A stretch of DNA of 63,839 nt, counting the filler, from Octopus bimaculoides (taxonomy: Eukaryota), in the NCBI RefSeq assembly GCF_001194135.2. It is 5 parts of 5 records of this genome, joined end to end, with 100 filler letters (N's around TTAATTAATTAA, not from the genome) between each part and the next. Parts side by side here need not be neighbours in the genome. Positions count along the whole stretch, not along the records: positions 1 to 31,741 come from NC_068985.1; 4 more parts are not named here. The stretch is one strand, 5' to 3'. Positions 1 through 13,455 of this stretch are shown in pieces; the first letter of the stretch is position 1, and every line of letters starts with the position of its first letter. Under the pieces are notes generated by a model, which ran no database searches, was not told the DNA's origin, and worked only from the letters and a program-made list of their open reading frames with translations. The translations under genes and the position numbers were made by a program.

Positions 1-43
<43 letters not shown>

Positions 44-189
44 TCTTTGCTCACATTCTCCATTTTCTTAGCATTGAAACCGGTGTACGCTTGGATAAAT
101 ATCTCTAGGAAAGAACGACCTCTTTCTACACAGACATATATATATATATATATATATATATACAAATACATGCAATGTAACTACATGTG

Positions 190-410
190 ACCAGTTGGAG
201 ATTTCTTCTTTTCCTCCTTTTGGGATCTTCCCTTTCTCATTTCCGACGAAGTTCTATACTCGAAACATCAAACTTTCTCCTTTCACACAGAGACCAGCTA
301 ATATATGTCTTGTACTCGTCCTTACGTTCGTTGTTTTTCGTCTATTTGTTTTTGTTTTTTATCCATTTATCCATTTATTTCCACTGTTTGATAATTTAAT
401 AAAATTATTT
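190..410 (+). mobile_element. PLE-type terminal relic with degenerate hammerhead motif (243-272)
   Basis: CCGACGA-AGTTCTATACTC-GAAACATC-AAA, followed by a pyrimidine-rich tail resembling the 8964-9090 element. Confidence 0.4.
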
Positions 411-999
411 CATACTAGTGTGCATGTTAAGGATGTACAATCTGTTATTTGTTAATATGGGTTTATATTTCTTTGTGAAAGATCTCTTCAGTGAAGCCGA
501 GTTAAAATTGCTGAAACTCAGAAATCACACTTTACATTTGGAATACAAATTATATATATATTTGTGTTATATCGCCTTTTTCTTAATACTCATTACCATT
601 GTGTACTTCGTTTTAATTTTACATTCCCTACAAGGAAATTATACAAAATAAAAATATTGTGTGGACGGGATTCAATAAAGATAACTTTAATTTTATGACT
701 AAAATTAATGCTTTTGTATGTTTAATTATCACACTAATCTTGGACAAAACTATATATTTTTTTTTACTCCGTGTTTAAATATAGTTGCTAATCTGCAGGC
801 TAGTTGAAAGCGCCCAAAATAAAATAGGGGGAAGTGTAATTGAAGGAGAAATGAGAGGAATTAGTATTCTGTATGAAATACTAAATGAGGAAATTTATTG
901 AGTAAATTACTGTCTAATTAATGACTATATATATATGAGTGAACGCACATTTTCTAATTGTACATACATTATACAATAAACCTGTATATATAATAAATG

Positions 1000-2090
1000 T
1001 GAGAAACTTTTTGTGTTACGTGCGGGGTGTAAGTTTAAGTTGCTGTTGACGTATTTGAAATATCTTATTCTTACGTTTTGGAATTTCGATGAACACTAAA
1101 GAATTTTATGATTGAGGTTCTTTTTCCGCACTACATATATTCTGTTCAGGTTTCTAAATGCTTTCGTTCTCTAAATAGTGCAACACTTACTAATCTCCAT
1201 CACGTTTACCTTCAATTGCCACGTGTAATTGAAACCGTTTCCCCATGTTTTTAATTATTCAAGGGTGTTGCTTAAATATTTCTTCAGCCATGCCTATGTA
1301 GTTTATTTTTGTACTACTTCAAGGTTTTTATTATGATGTTTTTTGCTTTATATATGTTTGCTTCAGAATTGCATGACTGATTTAGCGTGTATGTGTTGGC
1401 ATTTCTATATGGGCAGATGGCATTAGTTGATTTGTGGTTTTTCTTCTATTTTTTTATAGTCTATGCTAGTAATGGCACTGTAACTTAACTTGAACTTTTT
1501 TCCATTGAATAATATTCTACATTTACGAGTTGTGGATTGGACTTGATACCTAACAAAATAGAAAATATAAACCAGGAGATATTTCTACTTTTGTAATGCG
1601 GGTGGCAGATGGATGTATTTAATGGTGTTTGAATCAACTGGTTTCTAGAATATTATTATAATAAAAACTGACTTGACGAAGATATTTTACTTGATGATAA
1701 ATTAGATATCCTTTAATTAATGCTATTAATTAGATGTTTCAAAAATACGGAAAGATGTTAGAAATCTATGTTAATGCAAGCATATTCTTCGCTAGGTGTG
1801 ACGAAGTGTTTGTGTAAGTTTCTGGGAAAATTGTGGGTAACAGGTGAAATATTTGATAATGGCTTAATTAGTTGTGAGAATTATTTTAGGCCGAAAATAT
1901 TGAATGGTTTAATAAGCTCTTTTGTCTTGCGTCTAAGTTATATCTGTTGTCATGTTGGCCCATAGCCAACCTGTCATCTCTGTATAAGCCATCATTTATA
2001 GTGATACAGCTCTTTAGCACACTTAGGATATAATAACCCCACACAATAACAAATCTCTGCTTTGTCATACTCCCATATACTTACAACAAA
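1000..2090 (-). pseudogene. Decayed Penelope-like retroelement: YRDD-type RT, linker and GIY-YIG remnants
   Basis: Minus-strand colinear fragments MGxYDKAEIC (cf. MGSYDGAEIC), GLYRDDRLA (ORF 1886-2068), SRNISWF, VKLSYS, YIGMAE; many stops and frameshifts. Confidence 0.7.
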
Positions 2091-2927
2091 AGAGCTCACT
2101 GTGTTTAATTTTTAGACGAGCTCATTTCTTCTGACTCTTGTGTTTTTTTTTCTTCTTTATAATTTAGGAATTTTCCAGTATGCAACATGATCCCTCTTTC
2201 ATTACAATCTATTGTATAATAAAATTTACTGAATCTAAATATGCTATTTAAAAGGGTTTAGATATCAAGGGCAAAATCCAACAATATCATATCGCATTAA
2301 TCTGAAATTAAATATATTATTGATATTGTTAAATCAACTAATGAAATAATAGCTGTACCGCCACTTGATAAATGTTTAATTAGTAGCTTAGTTGAGAGGG
2401 AAGCCCAGAGTATCCTGTATATTCTGTAAGAACTTGTCTTATTCCCCCTCTCTCTTTGTGTATGTGTGTATATATATATATATNNNNNNNNNNNNNNNNN
2501 NNNNNNNNNNNNNNNNNNNNNNNNNNNNNNNNNNNNNNNNNNNNNNNNNNNNNNNNNNNNNNNNNNNNNNNNNNNNNNNNNNNNNNNNNNNNNNNNNNNN
2601 NNNNNNNNNNNNNNNNNNNNNNNNNNNNNNNNNNNNNNNNNNNNNNNNNNNNNNNNNNNNNNNNNNNNNNNNNNNNNNNNNNNNNNNNNNNNNNNNNNNN
2701 NNNNNNNNNNNNNNNNNNNNNNNNNNNNNNNNNNNNNNNNNNNNNNNNNNNNNNNNNNNNNNNNNNNNNNNNNNNNNNNNNNNNNNNNNNNNNNNNNNNN
2801 NNNNNNNNNNNNNNNNNNNNNNNNNNNNNNNNNNNNNNNNNNNNNNNNNNNNNNNNNNNNNNNNNNNNNNNNNNNNNNNNNNNNNNNNNNNNNNNNNNNN
2901 NNNNNNNNNNNNNNNNNNNNNNNNNNN

Positions 2928-2968
<41 letters not shown>

Positions 2969-3020
2969 TGTATATATATATATATACATATACACACACA
3001 TACATATATATACATATATA

Positions 3021-3177
3021 CGACAGGCTTCTTTCAGTTTCCGTCTACCAAATCCACTCACAAGGCTTCGGTCGGGCCGAGGCTATAGTAGAAGACACTT
3101 GCCCAAGGTGTCACGCAGTGAGACTGAACCCGGAACCATGTGGTTGGTAAGCAAGCTACTTACCACACAGCCACTCG
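3021..3177 (-). mobile_element. tRNA-derived SINE family A, head plus CORE-like segment
   Basis: Pol III A/B-box-like head, CCTTGGGCAAGTG block; near-identical to copies at 6717-6861, 8668-8830 and 44474-44640; abuts (TA)n and a gap. Confidence 0.85.
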
Positions 3178-3604
3178 TACTGTTGATATATTTTATTAGT
3201 GTTGACATGAATGCAAACATTTTTTTAGAGTACCACATGAATAAAAATCCACAAATATTTTGTTTTTAACTCCTTTAAATTTTATACCAAGTAAACCTTA
3301 AAATTTTCTAAAGACGCGAAAAATATAATTCTTTGCTTATACCATAATACATTTTACTTTTGAAAAAAAATTTCAGTGGCAGAGCGTCGTCGATAATTCT
3401 TCTCCAAATTATAATACATTCCTTTGTAATTCATCAGATAATATTTACAACAGAATCTCTAAGGATTATTTGCTGATTTGTTTCTATCAACTAAATATCA
3501 ATATAAACATTTTCCTCAATATAATATTCTCCATCAGTGAATGTTAAGCAAAACAGAACAAGACAGGAGGGTGTGATTTATTAGCAATATAATTTGAGAA
3601 TTGA

Positions 3605-3820
3605 AAGCGGTGAACTGGCAAACTCATTAATTAGCACGCCAGGCAAAATGCTTAGCGGCATTTCGTCTGTCCTTACGTTCTCAGTTCAAATTCTGCCGAG
3701 GTCAACTTTGCCTGTTATCTCTTTGGAGATGATAAGTTAAGCACCAGCTGAGCACTGGGGTCGATATAATCAACTTAACCCCCAAATTCCTGGCTTTGTA
3801 CCAAAATTTGAAAGCAATAT
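3605..3820 (+). mobile_element. SINE family B (diverged)
   Basis: TGGCA..A-box, GTTCAAATTC B-box, GAGGTCAACTTTGCC central block shared with about 20 copies in the window. Confidence 0.8.
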
Positions 3821-5160
3821 ACTTTGGAAATTGCGTGTGATTTGTTTTAAGAGTTCATCAAATCCTGCAGCAACCAAATTCGAGATTCATTCATATGTGG
3901 CAACACAAGATTTGCTCTTACTCTTCGATTTACACAATTGTCTCTGTATCATAGAAATAAAATTTCAATCGGTCCAGTGATACACATATTGACTCTTCCC
4001 AAACAAGTTTCCTTAAGATTCTCTAAACCTAGTTCAAAATACTTGATTGCTTTTGCCATATGCATTTTCTACGAGGTATTGGAACATTATATTGTAAGTT
4101 AACTTTGATTCTTAACTGAATATAATACAATATCTAGAAAGCAAAACCTGCCTAGTTGTCTTCGATTATTGTACTGTTTCTTCTATTCTCTCATTGACTT
4201 CCGTAACATTCTTTCTAAAATTTAACTCTACCAATTCAATTTAATTACTCTTAACCGTAGCAAACACATTTTATATTCTACACTTCCATTTAAAGAATCT
4301 CTTTATGAAACTTGGATAAACCAAGGAAACATTATTCCATACTACTGTTGCAAAATATCATTCAATTATAGCTTGTGACATGAATAAATGGCGTAAATGA
4401 ATACAATTTTACGCACATGGGTATAAGGATAATATATTTTAAGAACCCAAGAAAACATTCAGTGAACAATTTATAAAAGAGAAAATATCACTTTATACAT
4501 ATAAAAGTCATTTCGTCATAAAACAAACCTATAGGAGATAATTACAATTTGTGAAATATGAAAAGTATAGTTTCTATTAAAATCTAAAGGAAACTATATC
4601 TGTTTGTTTCGTCATAAGTTGTTACCATAAAAGCTGAATGCAGAAAGCGAAAACTATTTCTTGCATTACGGTTTGTGACTCAATTAAACTATAGCAGATT
4701 AGGCCCTAACATCACATATACTCTAACTGCATGATTTTCTGTAAACAGACGGACGTTTTCAGTACCATTGATGATTTGCGTCGTAAGAAATGAAACGGCG
4801 AATCCGAAGGTCTCCATACACTTCCTGTCTGCTAAACTTAACTCCCATGCATCTTCCTATACATTTTCAAGATATAACAGAAACTATAAAAATTTGCTGT
4901 GATTACAGTTAAATCAGACCAATCGAAAAAAAAAAAAATTAACGTATATTATACATAACGTATATAAAGAGAAAAAACGAAGTAATGCTGAAATAAATAG
5001 AAGACAGAAACAACAAGCTCTTATATAGTCAAAGTATCAGTGTGTGTGTGTGTGTGTGTGTGATTATAGATGAGTAAATAGTGTAAAATATATGACAAAA
5101 TATTCACAAGTTATATTAGAAAAATCGAGTATATGGCATAATAGTGCTAATATAGATATT

Positions 5161-5356
5161 ATTTTCTACTCTAGGCATAAGGCCCAAAATTTTGGGGGTT
5201 GGACCCAGTTGATTAGATCGACCCCAGTACGCAGCTGGTACTGAATTTATCGACCCCGAAAGGATGAAAGGCAAAGTCGACCTCGGCAGAATTTGAATTC
5301 AGAACCGCTAAGCATTTCGCCAGACTTGCTAACGTTTCTGCCAGCTCACCGCCTTA
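5161..5356 (-). mobile_element. SINE family B, full length
   Basis: Reverse complement of AAGGCGGCGAGCTGGCAGAAACGTTAGC...CTTGTGCCTAGAGTAGAAAA. Confidence 0.85.
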
Positions 5357-5649
5357 GTGCAAATATATGTATTATAGAACTGTTGTTGTTGCCGTTGTTG
5401 ATGTTCAGCCCCATTATATAGCAAGCCTTTAATTAAAAAATATTTCAGTTTTGAATATCTCGTCTTTTTAAGGAATACGTATAAATATATCAGCGAATGT
5501 CTTTCCGTGTTTCAAAATATGTTGTGCAATTTGTCACAAAACCGACTGCTATTTCTAGCTGGTCGTTCTATCACTTACAAAGTCTCTCGTTAGCTCGCAT
5601 TTAATATAATATAGGACAGAGCTAGCATAATATCTGCTACATCACATTT

Positions 5650-5925
5650 GATCGACTTAATCCCTTTAGCTGTCTTTGTTTGCCCCTTCTATGTTTAGCC
5701 CCTTGTCGGCAATAAAGAAAAAAGAAACGTTAGCATGCCGGGCGAAATGCTTAGCGGTATTTCGTCTGTCTTTACGTTCTGAGTGCAAATTCCGCCGAAG
5801 TCGACTTTACCTTTGACCCTTTCGGGGTCGATAAATTAAGTACCAGTTGCGTATTGGGGTTGATCTAATCGACTGGCCCCTCACCTCAAATTTCGGGCCT
5901 TGTGCCTAGAGTAGAAAAGAATATT
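5650..5925 (+). mobile_element. SINE family B head-to-tail dimer
   Basis: Tail GACTTAATCCC...GCAATAAAGAAAAAA joined at 5724 to a 5'-truncated copy starting GAAACGTTAGC. Confidence 0.8.
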
Positions 5926-6085
5926 TTCATGCCATGTCATATGATTAAGGGTGATAAAATTAACGTATCATATTACATCAAATTCATCAATATAAAACAA
6001 TATAATGCTTACAATAATCTTGATGATCTGACATAATATACATCTATATGAATGTATCTATGAAAGCATTCTTCTTTTCTTCTTT

Positions 6086-6861
6086 TACTTGTTTCAGTCA
6101 TTTGACTGCGGCCATGCTGGGGCACCGCCTTTAGTCGGGGAGATCGAGCCCAGGAGTTACTCATTGTAAGTCTAGTACTTATTTTATCGGTATCTTGTGC
6201 CGAACCGCAACACTAATCCATGGGAAACGTAAACATCGGTTGTCAATCGATGGTGGGGAGGACAAACACAGATATACAAATATATTCGGATATATATATA
6301 TATATATATATATATANNNNNNNNNNNNNNNNNNNNNNNNNNNNNNNNNNNNNNNNNNNNNNNNNNNNNNNNNNNNNNNNNNNNNNNNNNNNNNNNNNNN
6401 NNNNNNNNNNNNNNNNNNNNNNNNNNNNNNNNNNNNNNNNNNNNNNNNNNNNNNNNNNNNNNNNNNNNNNNNNNNNNNNNNNNNNNNNNNNNNNNNNNNN
6501 NNNNNNNNNNNNNNNNNNNNNNNNNNNNNNNNNNNNNNNNNNNNNNNNNNNNNNNNNNNNNNNNNNNNNNNNNNNNNNNNNNNNNNNNNNNNNNNNNNNN
6601 NNNNNNNNNNNNNNNNNNNNNNNNNNNNNNNNNNNNNNNNNNNNNNNNNNNNNNNNNNNNNNNNNNNNNNNNNNNNNNNNNNNNNNNNNNNNNNNATATA
6701 TATATATATATATATACGACTGACTTCTTTCAGTTTCCGTCTACCAAATCCACTCACAAGTCTTTGGTCGGCCCGAGGCAATAATAGAAGATACTTGCTG
6801 AAGTTACCACGCAGTGGGACAAAACCCGGAACCGTGCGGTTGGGAAGCAAGCTTCTGACAC
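6086..6861 (-). mobile_element. SINE family A, full length, internal microsatellite unresolved (gap)
   Basis: Head at 6717-6861 and tail (TTGTTTCAGTCATTTGACTGCGGCCATGCTGG) at 6086-6290 flank (TA)n and N gap 6318-6695. Confidence 0.85.
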
Positions 6862-6934
6862 AATATATATTACATAAAAATACATATGCATATATAGATG
6901 CACGTATGTTTGTATACATAGAGGGTAAAAACTC

Positions 6935-7252
6935 CTTCGGTCAACAGTGACCATGTGATTGCACCAAGAAAGTTCTCCTCCGAGGCACAAGTCCGGGCAA
7001 GATTGTTTGTGGAAGGGACGCAGTCCGCCATGCACATTAGTTTCCCCTCTCCATACCATTGCTGTTACCCAAGGGAAAAGCAAAGATCGATATAGTTTGG
7101 CACCAATGATGCCGCAACTCCTTTCTACAGCTGAGTGAACTGGAGCAACGTGAAATACAGTGACCTATTGAAAAACAGAACGGAACCTTATCCAAATTCA
7201 CAACCTCACCTCACGATTGCAAGCCCGATGCTCTAACCACTGAGCCATGCAC
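6935..7252 (-). mobile_element. tRNA-derived SINE family D
   Basis: GGCTCAGTGGTTAGAGC head and TATTTCACGTTGCTCCAGTTCACTCAGCTGTAGAAA body, as at 14041-14346. Confidence 0.85.
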
Positions 7253-7336
7253 ATTCAAGTCTGTAAACACACACGCACAAAAGTATATATTGCATTTGTC
7301 TCTATGTCTGTGTGCATACGTATGTATCTAGATACG

Positions 7337-7405
<69 letters not shown>

Positions 7406-7553
7406 AGAAGGTTTGGAGGTGATGTACGGGAATTATATATTATAAAAAATAACAAGGTACTCAGATATCTGGATGGTTGTACATTTACGGATTTTTATTA
7501 AGTCACATGTTTTTATAAATTAGCGCTTGCATCTATTCTAGTAGATTCTCCAG

Positions 7554-7590
<37 letters not shown>

Positions 7591-8040
7591 GTGTGTGTGT
7601 GTGTGTGTGAATATATGAGTATAGTTTTATGTATGAGTGTACGTGTATGTATTTGTGTGTGTTTGCGCACGCACAAAGTATGTAAATTAAGTGATTTTTA
7701 TAAAAAATTTTCACTCTCTGTATCTGTGAATTTCACTGATGCTAAACATAGACATTGTTCGTCGTGTGAACTTTGCGAGAAGCAGTAGCTACAGATGTCT
7801 GTAAAGACATTCCTATTGCTCTAAATGTCTCACATACATTCAGTCGTGACTATTTTAAGTATCTCAGTTATTGTGCGATGTTTTTGTTTTCCGCATGTCT
7901 ATAAACGATAAGCGTATTTGAATATGTGAGGAATTTTGTTCACAAAACTTGCATCAAACGGAGTTGTGTGTTGCGAGTTTATATACATACACCTCTACAT
8001 GTATGTGTGCGTGCATGCGCGCGCGCGCGCGTGCGTGTGT

Positions 8041-8117
<77 letters not shown>

Positions 8118-8221
8118 CGTGTCTTTGTGTGTTAGCGTGTGTAAGAAAAAAAGACGACAAAGGATTAAGCAATGCCTAAGCTAAGTCTATATTTTTTTCT
8201 TCTTTTATTTGTTTCAGTCAT

Positions 8222-8660
8222 TTGAAAGAGTAGCAGTCCATAAGGAACAAATAAATCTCCCTCAATACTGACAAATTCCTGTTGAAAAAGAGTTCATAAC
8301 TCCAACTAAAAACGTTTGTCTCTCCTTACACACACTTCCTGTTTTGACACCACATTTCCTGCTTAACACAAACTTTTAACCCTTTTTTAAAACCTAACAA
8401 AACTCTCAACTCTCATGCATCCTTATTTTTCCTACTATTATATACATGAACTACTATTGAACTTCAAAAGCTCAAAGACAATATAATGTATGGGTATATT
8501 TATTTTTTTATATATTATTTTCTTCATTTTGTACTTCTTTGTAAAAAACATTTTCATTCTCCTTCTTCTTGATAATTTGCTTTCGCAATGAAAACCGGTT
8601 AGAAATCTTTATTAAAATATGCTTCCAGTTCAGCATTCTGCCTTTTTTTCATTTTCCTAT
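8222..8660 (+). mobile_element. Unclassified repeat, probable PLE terminal relic, between SINE A tail end (8195-8222) and head (8668)
   Basis: Contains degenerate HHR-like TTGATAA-TTTGCTTTCGCAAT-GAAAACCGGTTA-GAAA at 8569-8605. Confidence 0.35.
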
Positions 8661-8667
8661 ATATATC

Positions 8668-8830
8668 CGACGGGCTTCTTTCAGTTTCCGTCTACCAAAT
8701 CCACTCATAAGGCTTTGGTCAGCTCGAGGCTACAGTAGAAGACATTTTCCTAAGATGCCACGCAGTGAGATTGAACCCGGAACCATATGGTAGGTAAGTG
8801 AGCTACTTACCACACAACTACTCCTGCGCC
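8668..8830 (-). mobile_element. SINE family A head
   Basis: Reverse complement begins GGCGCAGGAGTAGTTGTGTGGTAAG; matches other A copies. Confidence 0.85.
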
Positions 8831-8899
8831 GAAATATACATATTTTTCGTTATTATTATCTCCTTTTCTTTCAAACTTTTTTTTCCAATCATTTGTCAA

Positions 8900-9081
8900 G
8901 CTGGACCGCTTATATCTACAAGATTTTTCATTTTCTCTCTGTTTATTTTCTCTTATTTTTTTTCTGTTGAAGAGCGTAGACTCGAAACGTAAAAGACTTC
9001 TTCATTTTCCCGAGCGTCAAACTAATACACTTGCTTGTTGTTCCTACACCTATCCTCGTCTTTTGTTTTTCTATAAATTTC

Positions 9082-9118
<37 letters not shown>

Positions 9119-9210
9119 TTTTCCATTCCTCCCGAGCGTTAAACTAATACACTTGCTTGTGTTTCCTTCACCTGTCATCGTCTTTTGCTTTCTGTAAATT
9201 TTAACTATAT
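8900..9210 (+). mobile_element. PLE-type terminal repeat with minimal HHR variant and partial tandem duplication
   Basis: CTGTTGA-AGAGCGTAGACTC-GAAACGTA-AAAGA at 8964-8996; about 85-nt direct repeats at 9003-9088 and 9125-9208 separated by (TA)n. Confidence 0.6.
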
Positions 9211-9697
9211 ATATATATATATGAACAGTAACAACAGACGAATTGTGGTTCATTACAGCTGTTTCAGGCGTGTTTTATATTGTTGAAGAGAAGCGTTACA
9301 TAATGCAAAGAAACAAAGAAAATAACGACTACAGGTAAGAATTAACAATTAAAACTTCTCAAGGATATGTATGTAGTGCCAGAAGATTCTACGAACCCAA
9401 ACTGAATGTATGTTGCAAGCTGAGGTCCACAGTTGTTTCCGCTAAGTCTCTGAAATTTTACATAGGGGCCTTTAAAGTAGGCATTCAAAGACTATGTAGC
9501 TTTTCTGAAATTAGTTATTTTTCATCATCTAACTGAATGCCTAAAAGTATTTTGTACCTCCATATATAGCAACAAGCAACAGGAAAGATTACTAATCAGT
9601 AATATAATTAATTGAGAATTATTGTGCAAATTGGTACACTTTCAAAAAGCGATATAGTTTTAGCTGAACCGATATTAAAGACAGGTGCGTAATTTTA

Positions 9698-9750
<53 letters not shown>

Positions 9751-10438
9751 ATTAAGAAAAAATACGTAGTCAGAATTTTTGGTAATTCTATATTAACGAT
9801 TGGGTCTCATTCATCAAGCCTTTTTCCAGAAAATTTCTTTGCGTTTTACACGAATCTGGAAGTGAAGGATGTTTTGGATTTGTTGACTATCTTTCTATCT
9901 AACTATCTATCTATGGATGCATGCATGCGCACACACACTTGCACACACACACACACACACACAAACATACACACACACACAAACATACACACACACACAA
10001 ACACACATATATGCAACGAAAGTGGTTATACGCAATATAAAAACCAAGAACGAAAAATTCAGTTGTCACAAATTGTGACTGGGTGTGCAGGTTAGGAGCT
10101 ACATTGCTAGAAATAAATGTCAAATACCCTTAGAGTCGTATTTTCCTGAACCATCTATTGATTCATATAATAAATACTACATACTGACAGTTAAATTTAG
10201 CCAACCGATCCAGCGATGGAATAGTCACCATTGATGAGCTTTAATTTCAAGCATAACTGGACTAGTATGGTGGTCTTGCTCCCTGTTGAGTGGTTATCTT
10301 CCCTGTCAGTGCATAGATATGTGTCTTTCGCAACTCTAAGGGTCTTTGACAATTATATATACATATACATATACATACAAACACACACACACACGCACAT
10401 ATATATATACATATATATGCATACACACACACACACAC

Positions 10439-10503
<65 letters not shown>

Positions 10504-10514
10504 AGTAAAGTTGT

Positions 10515-10635
10515 ACCTGTATTTCTGTATTTTAATGGGCCAGTCATGTCACATCGTGTGGCACGGTGAATCTCCCTGAGAACAAAGTTAAGATTACGCG
10601 TGTCTGAGGTATGCTCAGCCACTTGTACGTTAATA
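10515..10635 (+). mobile_element. SINE family C 3' tail fragment
   Basis: Reverse complement of the tail in 32880-33030 (GTCACA..GAATCTCCCTGAGAAC..CTCAGCCACTTG). Confidence 0.6.
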
Positions 10636-12319
10636 TCATGGTATCCATCTAGATATTCAACTATATGCATGAGAATACATACAGAAAGTAAAAAAAAAAA
10701 ATCTGCCTGTATACATACATACATACATACATACATACATACATACATACAAAAATGCCCTGTTGTTGATGCTAAAACCCCAATGAAAGAGCCTAGGATC
10801 TAGGTTAGAAACCGAATCTTTCTCTCTTGGCAAGAAATCTTGAAATAAAACTGAACAATCACACGCACACACACACACACACACATACACACATATGGAA
10901 ACAGAAGGGGAAGGAGAGAGGGAGAAAGAGAGAGGGAGAAAGAGAGAGAGAGCCAGCCAGCCAGCCAGACAGACAGACAAAGGGACAGGCAGACAGAGAG
11001 TTCATTGTGTGCTTCTAATTATTATTGTGTATAGAGTTATAACTACGAATAATACTTAGAACACAGTTAATATACATGCAATGCCTTTGTAGATGGAATA
11101 TTTCTTACATCGGATTATAGCTCCAGTTTACTCCGTTCCATTAGTAGAAATTTCCTGCCTTTTTCCTTAGAAAATTCTCAGACGAGTTTAGCTACCTGGT
11201 TAGCTGGCTCGGTTGCTGATAGAGCGGGACATCGTTGGGTTGCTATTTATGAATCTTGTTCTACGTGTCTTATGATTTTGTGTACGCGATTAGAACTAAC
11301 GGTCGCAATTGTTTTGGATGTTTATGTTTATCATTAAGATCCAAAAAGACCTATAACTCTGTTGTTGTTGTTGGCAATGATTGATTTGCTTTCACGACGG
11401 CACTTAGAATTTAGTTCTGAACTTTTGTTGAAAAATGTCTGCTGATTTGTAAGGATGAAGTATTTTCATCATTATAGAAGTTACAGAAATTTAAACAACG
11501 GATACACTCGTTTGCGGCTAACAGGAGAGATCAGGTGATGTTGTGGTCTTTCAAGTACCTTATGTTAATGATTCTGTAGCCCGCAATCACGTACTTGAAG
11601 TAAGCAGGCTACAATCATGTACGAGTTTTCAAGTACCATATATGCTGAATCATTTCTTTTGTCTGTAAGCCTAAAAGTGGAATTACAGTTTATAAACTTG
11701 CTTTTGAAGCTGCCCTCTGATATTCTGACATAGTGTTGTAGGAGGATGCTAAGTAGGTTTATGTTTCAGCATCACATACCTATTTCAAGGGGCACATTTT
11801 ATTATTTCAAATATTATTGTTATCTATCTAATGCTTCGTAAGTCAACGGAATTATTCAAATAATTCTTCGCAGAACTGTTTTTCTGGTTATTGGCCGAGT
11901 AGGTGGTTTGGAGTGCCTGCAAACTTTCACCAAAACCCAATGCAACTACACCTAACTTGAAATAGTTTTCAATGATTGTATCCTTTTATGAAATGTTTTC
12001 TTATCACATTAGGAAGTTCTTGATGATATTGGACGTAACTCTAAAAATATACATCGGGTAGAACTAGATCACATTAGGGTTTGTGTGTTTAATTTTCAAT
12101 GTATTACTTTGTAGATAATGTAAACTTGTGATAGTAATTTAAATGTGGAGATTCAGATATAAAAATGGGAATAAAAATAAAATTTAGTTTAAAAAAGATT
12201 AATTAAATAATTAAAGATTTAAACATTGATAAATATTCATTAATATTCTTGTTGCAGTACGAGAATATAGAGTAACCCATCAGATTAATGTGTGTGTATA
12301 TATATANNNNNNNNNNTGG

Positions 12320-13070
12320 TGCATTGTATTTTGTATTCTTCATTCTACGGACCATGCATGTCCAATCGTTTTCGATTTTCGCCTCTACACTTCCATACCT
12401 TGCCAAATTTCTATTCTTATAAGTCCCAAATGATATTCTTATTTGTTACAGTCATACCAATTTGTTTCTTGCATTGTTCGAATGTAGCTAATACTTAGAT
12501 TTCTGAACTAACACGCGAACTTGGCAACTTATATTTATCAGCTTTTCAAGAGTTCAGTACGTGACTAGTGGAAATATCAACGGTTGCAGCATTTTCAGTT
12601 TGATCTCTTTTTGCATCGATGGGTATTTTCAAATGCAGTTTGAAGTTATAACAACAGATTTTGAACTTGTAATTCCTCTTTTTATCTCATTGTTGCAATG
12701 GAATTAATTTCTAATAATGCTCCTAAGCTACCAATACTTGTACCCCACTTTAACAGTTCCGTTACCAATTATCGTAGGATTATCTTCATCTTATATTCCT
12801 GAGATAATCGTTGATGTAATCTCGTCAAAATCAACAAATTAATCACACTTCTCTGTTATATTACTTTTAATTAATTCATAAAAACTCTCACTTTGTCTGA
12901 GCTACCGGCAATAACAAACATTATCAATGATTTAACTGACATCTCTAATCATTGTTCCACGAATATTAACACTTCTTCAAAGCATTCTAGAAATTTCGTC
13001 TTCCCAATTGCTGCATAACTCTTAAATAGAGAAGGGCAAAGGGCACAGTGTTGTCGTACACCTGTTCAAT
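12320..13070 (-). pseudogene. Decayed RTE-clade (BovB-like) LINE, RT C-terminal half
   Basis: Minus-strand fragments TGVRQHCALCPSLF (cf. GVRQGCILSP), CNNEIKRGI, KEIKLKMLQPLIFPLVTY, in colinear order, with many frameshifts. Confidence 0.7.
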
Positions 13071-13455
13071 TACTGAGGAAAGTATTCTTTATATATTATA
13101 GTATCATAAAATTATATTGGTATATCATATTATATATTTTATATTATGACAATAATTTGTCATAAATAGTTATTGAAATATTTTTAATAACAAAAGAGAT
13201 ACGTATTTCTTCATTACGTTATCAAGCTTTCTGCTTAGCCATATTTATATTTTTGAAATATCATCCTCCATTTCTTTCCAGTTGTAACATCAGATTTTTC
13301 TTCTGCGATTTCCATTTCAATTCTACATTTAATTCTGTCATCAATTATTTTAAGTTGGATTGTACTAAAGTGATTAATCAAAGAGATTGGTCTGTTGCAT
13401 TTACATACAATCACACACGACTATACATACATACATACACATACATCTATATATA

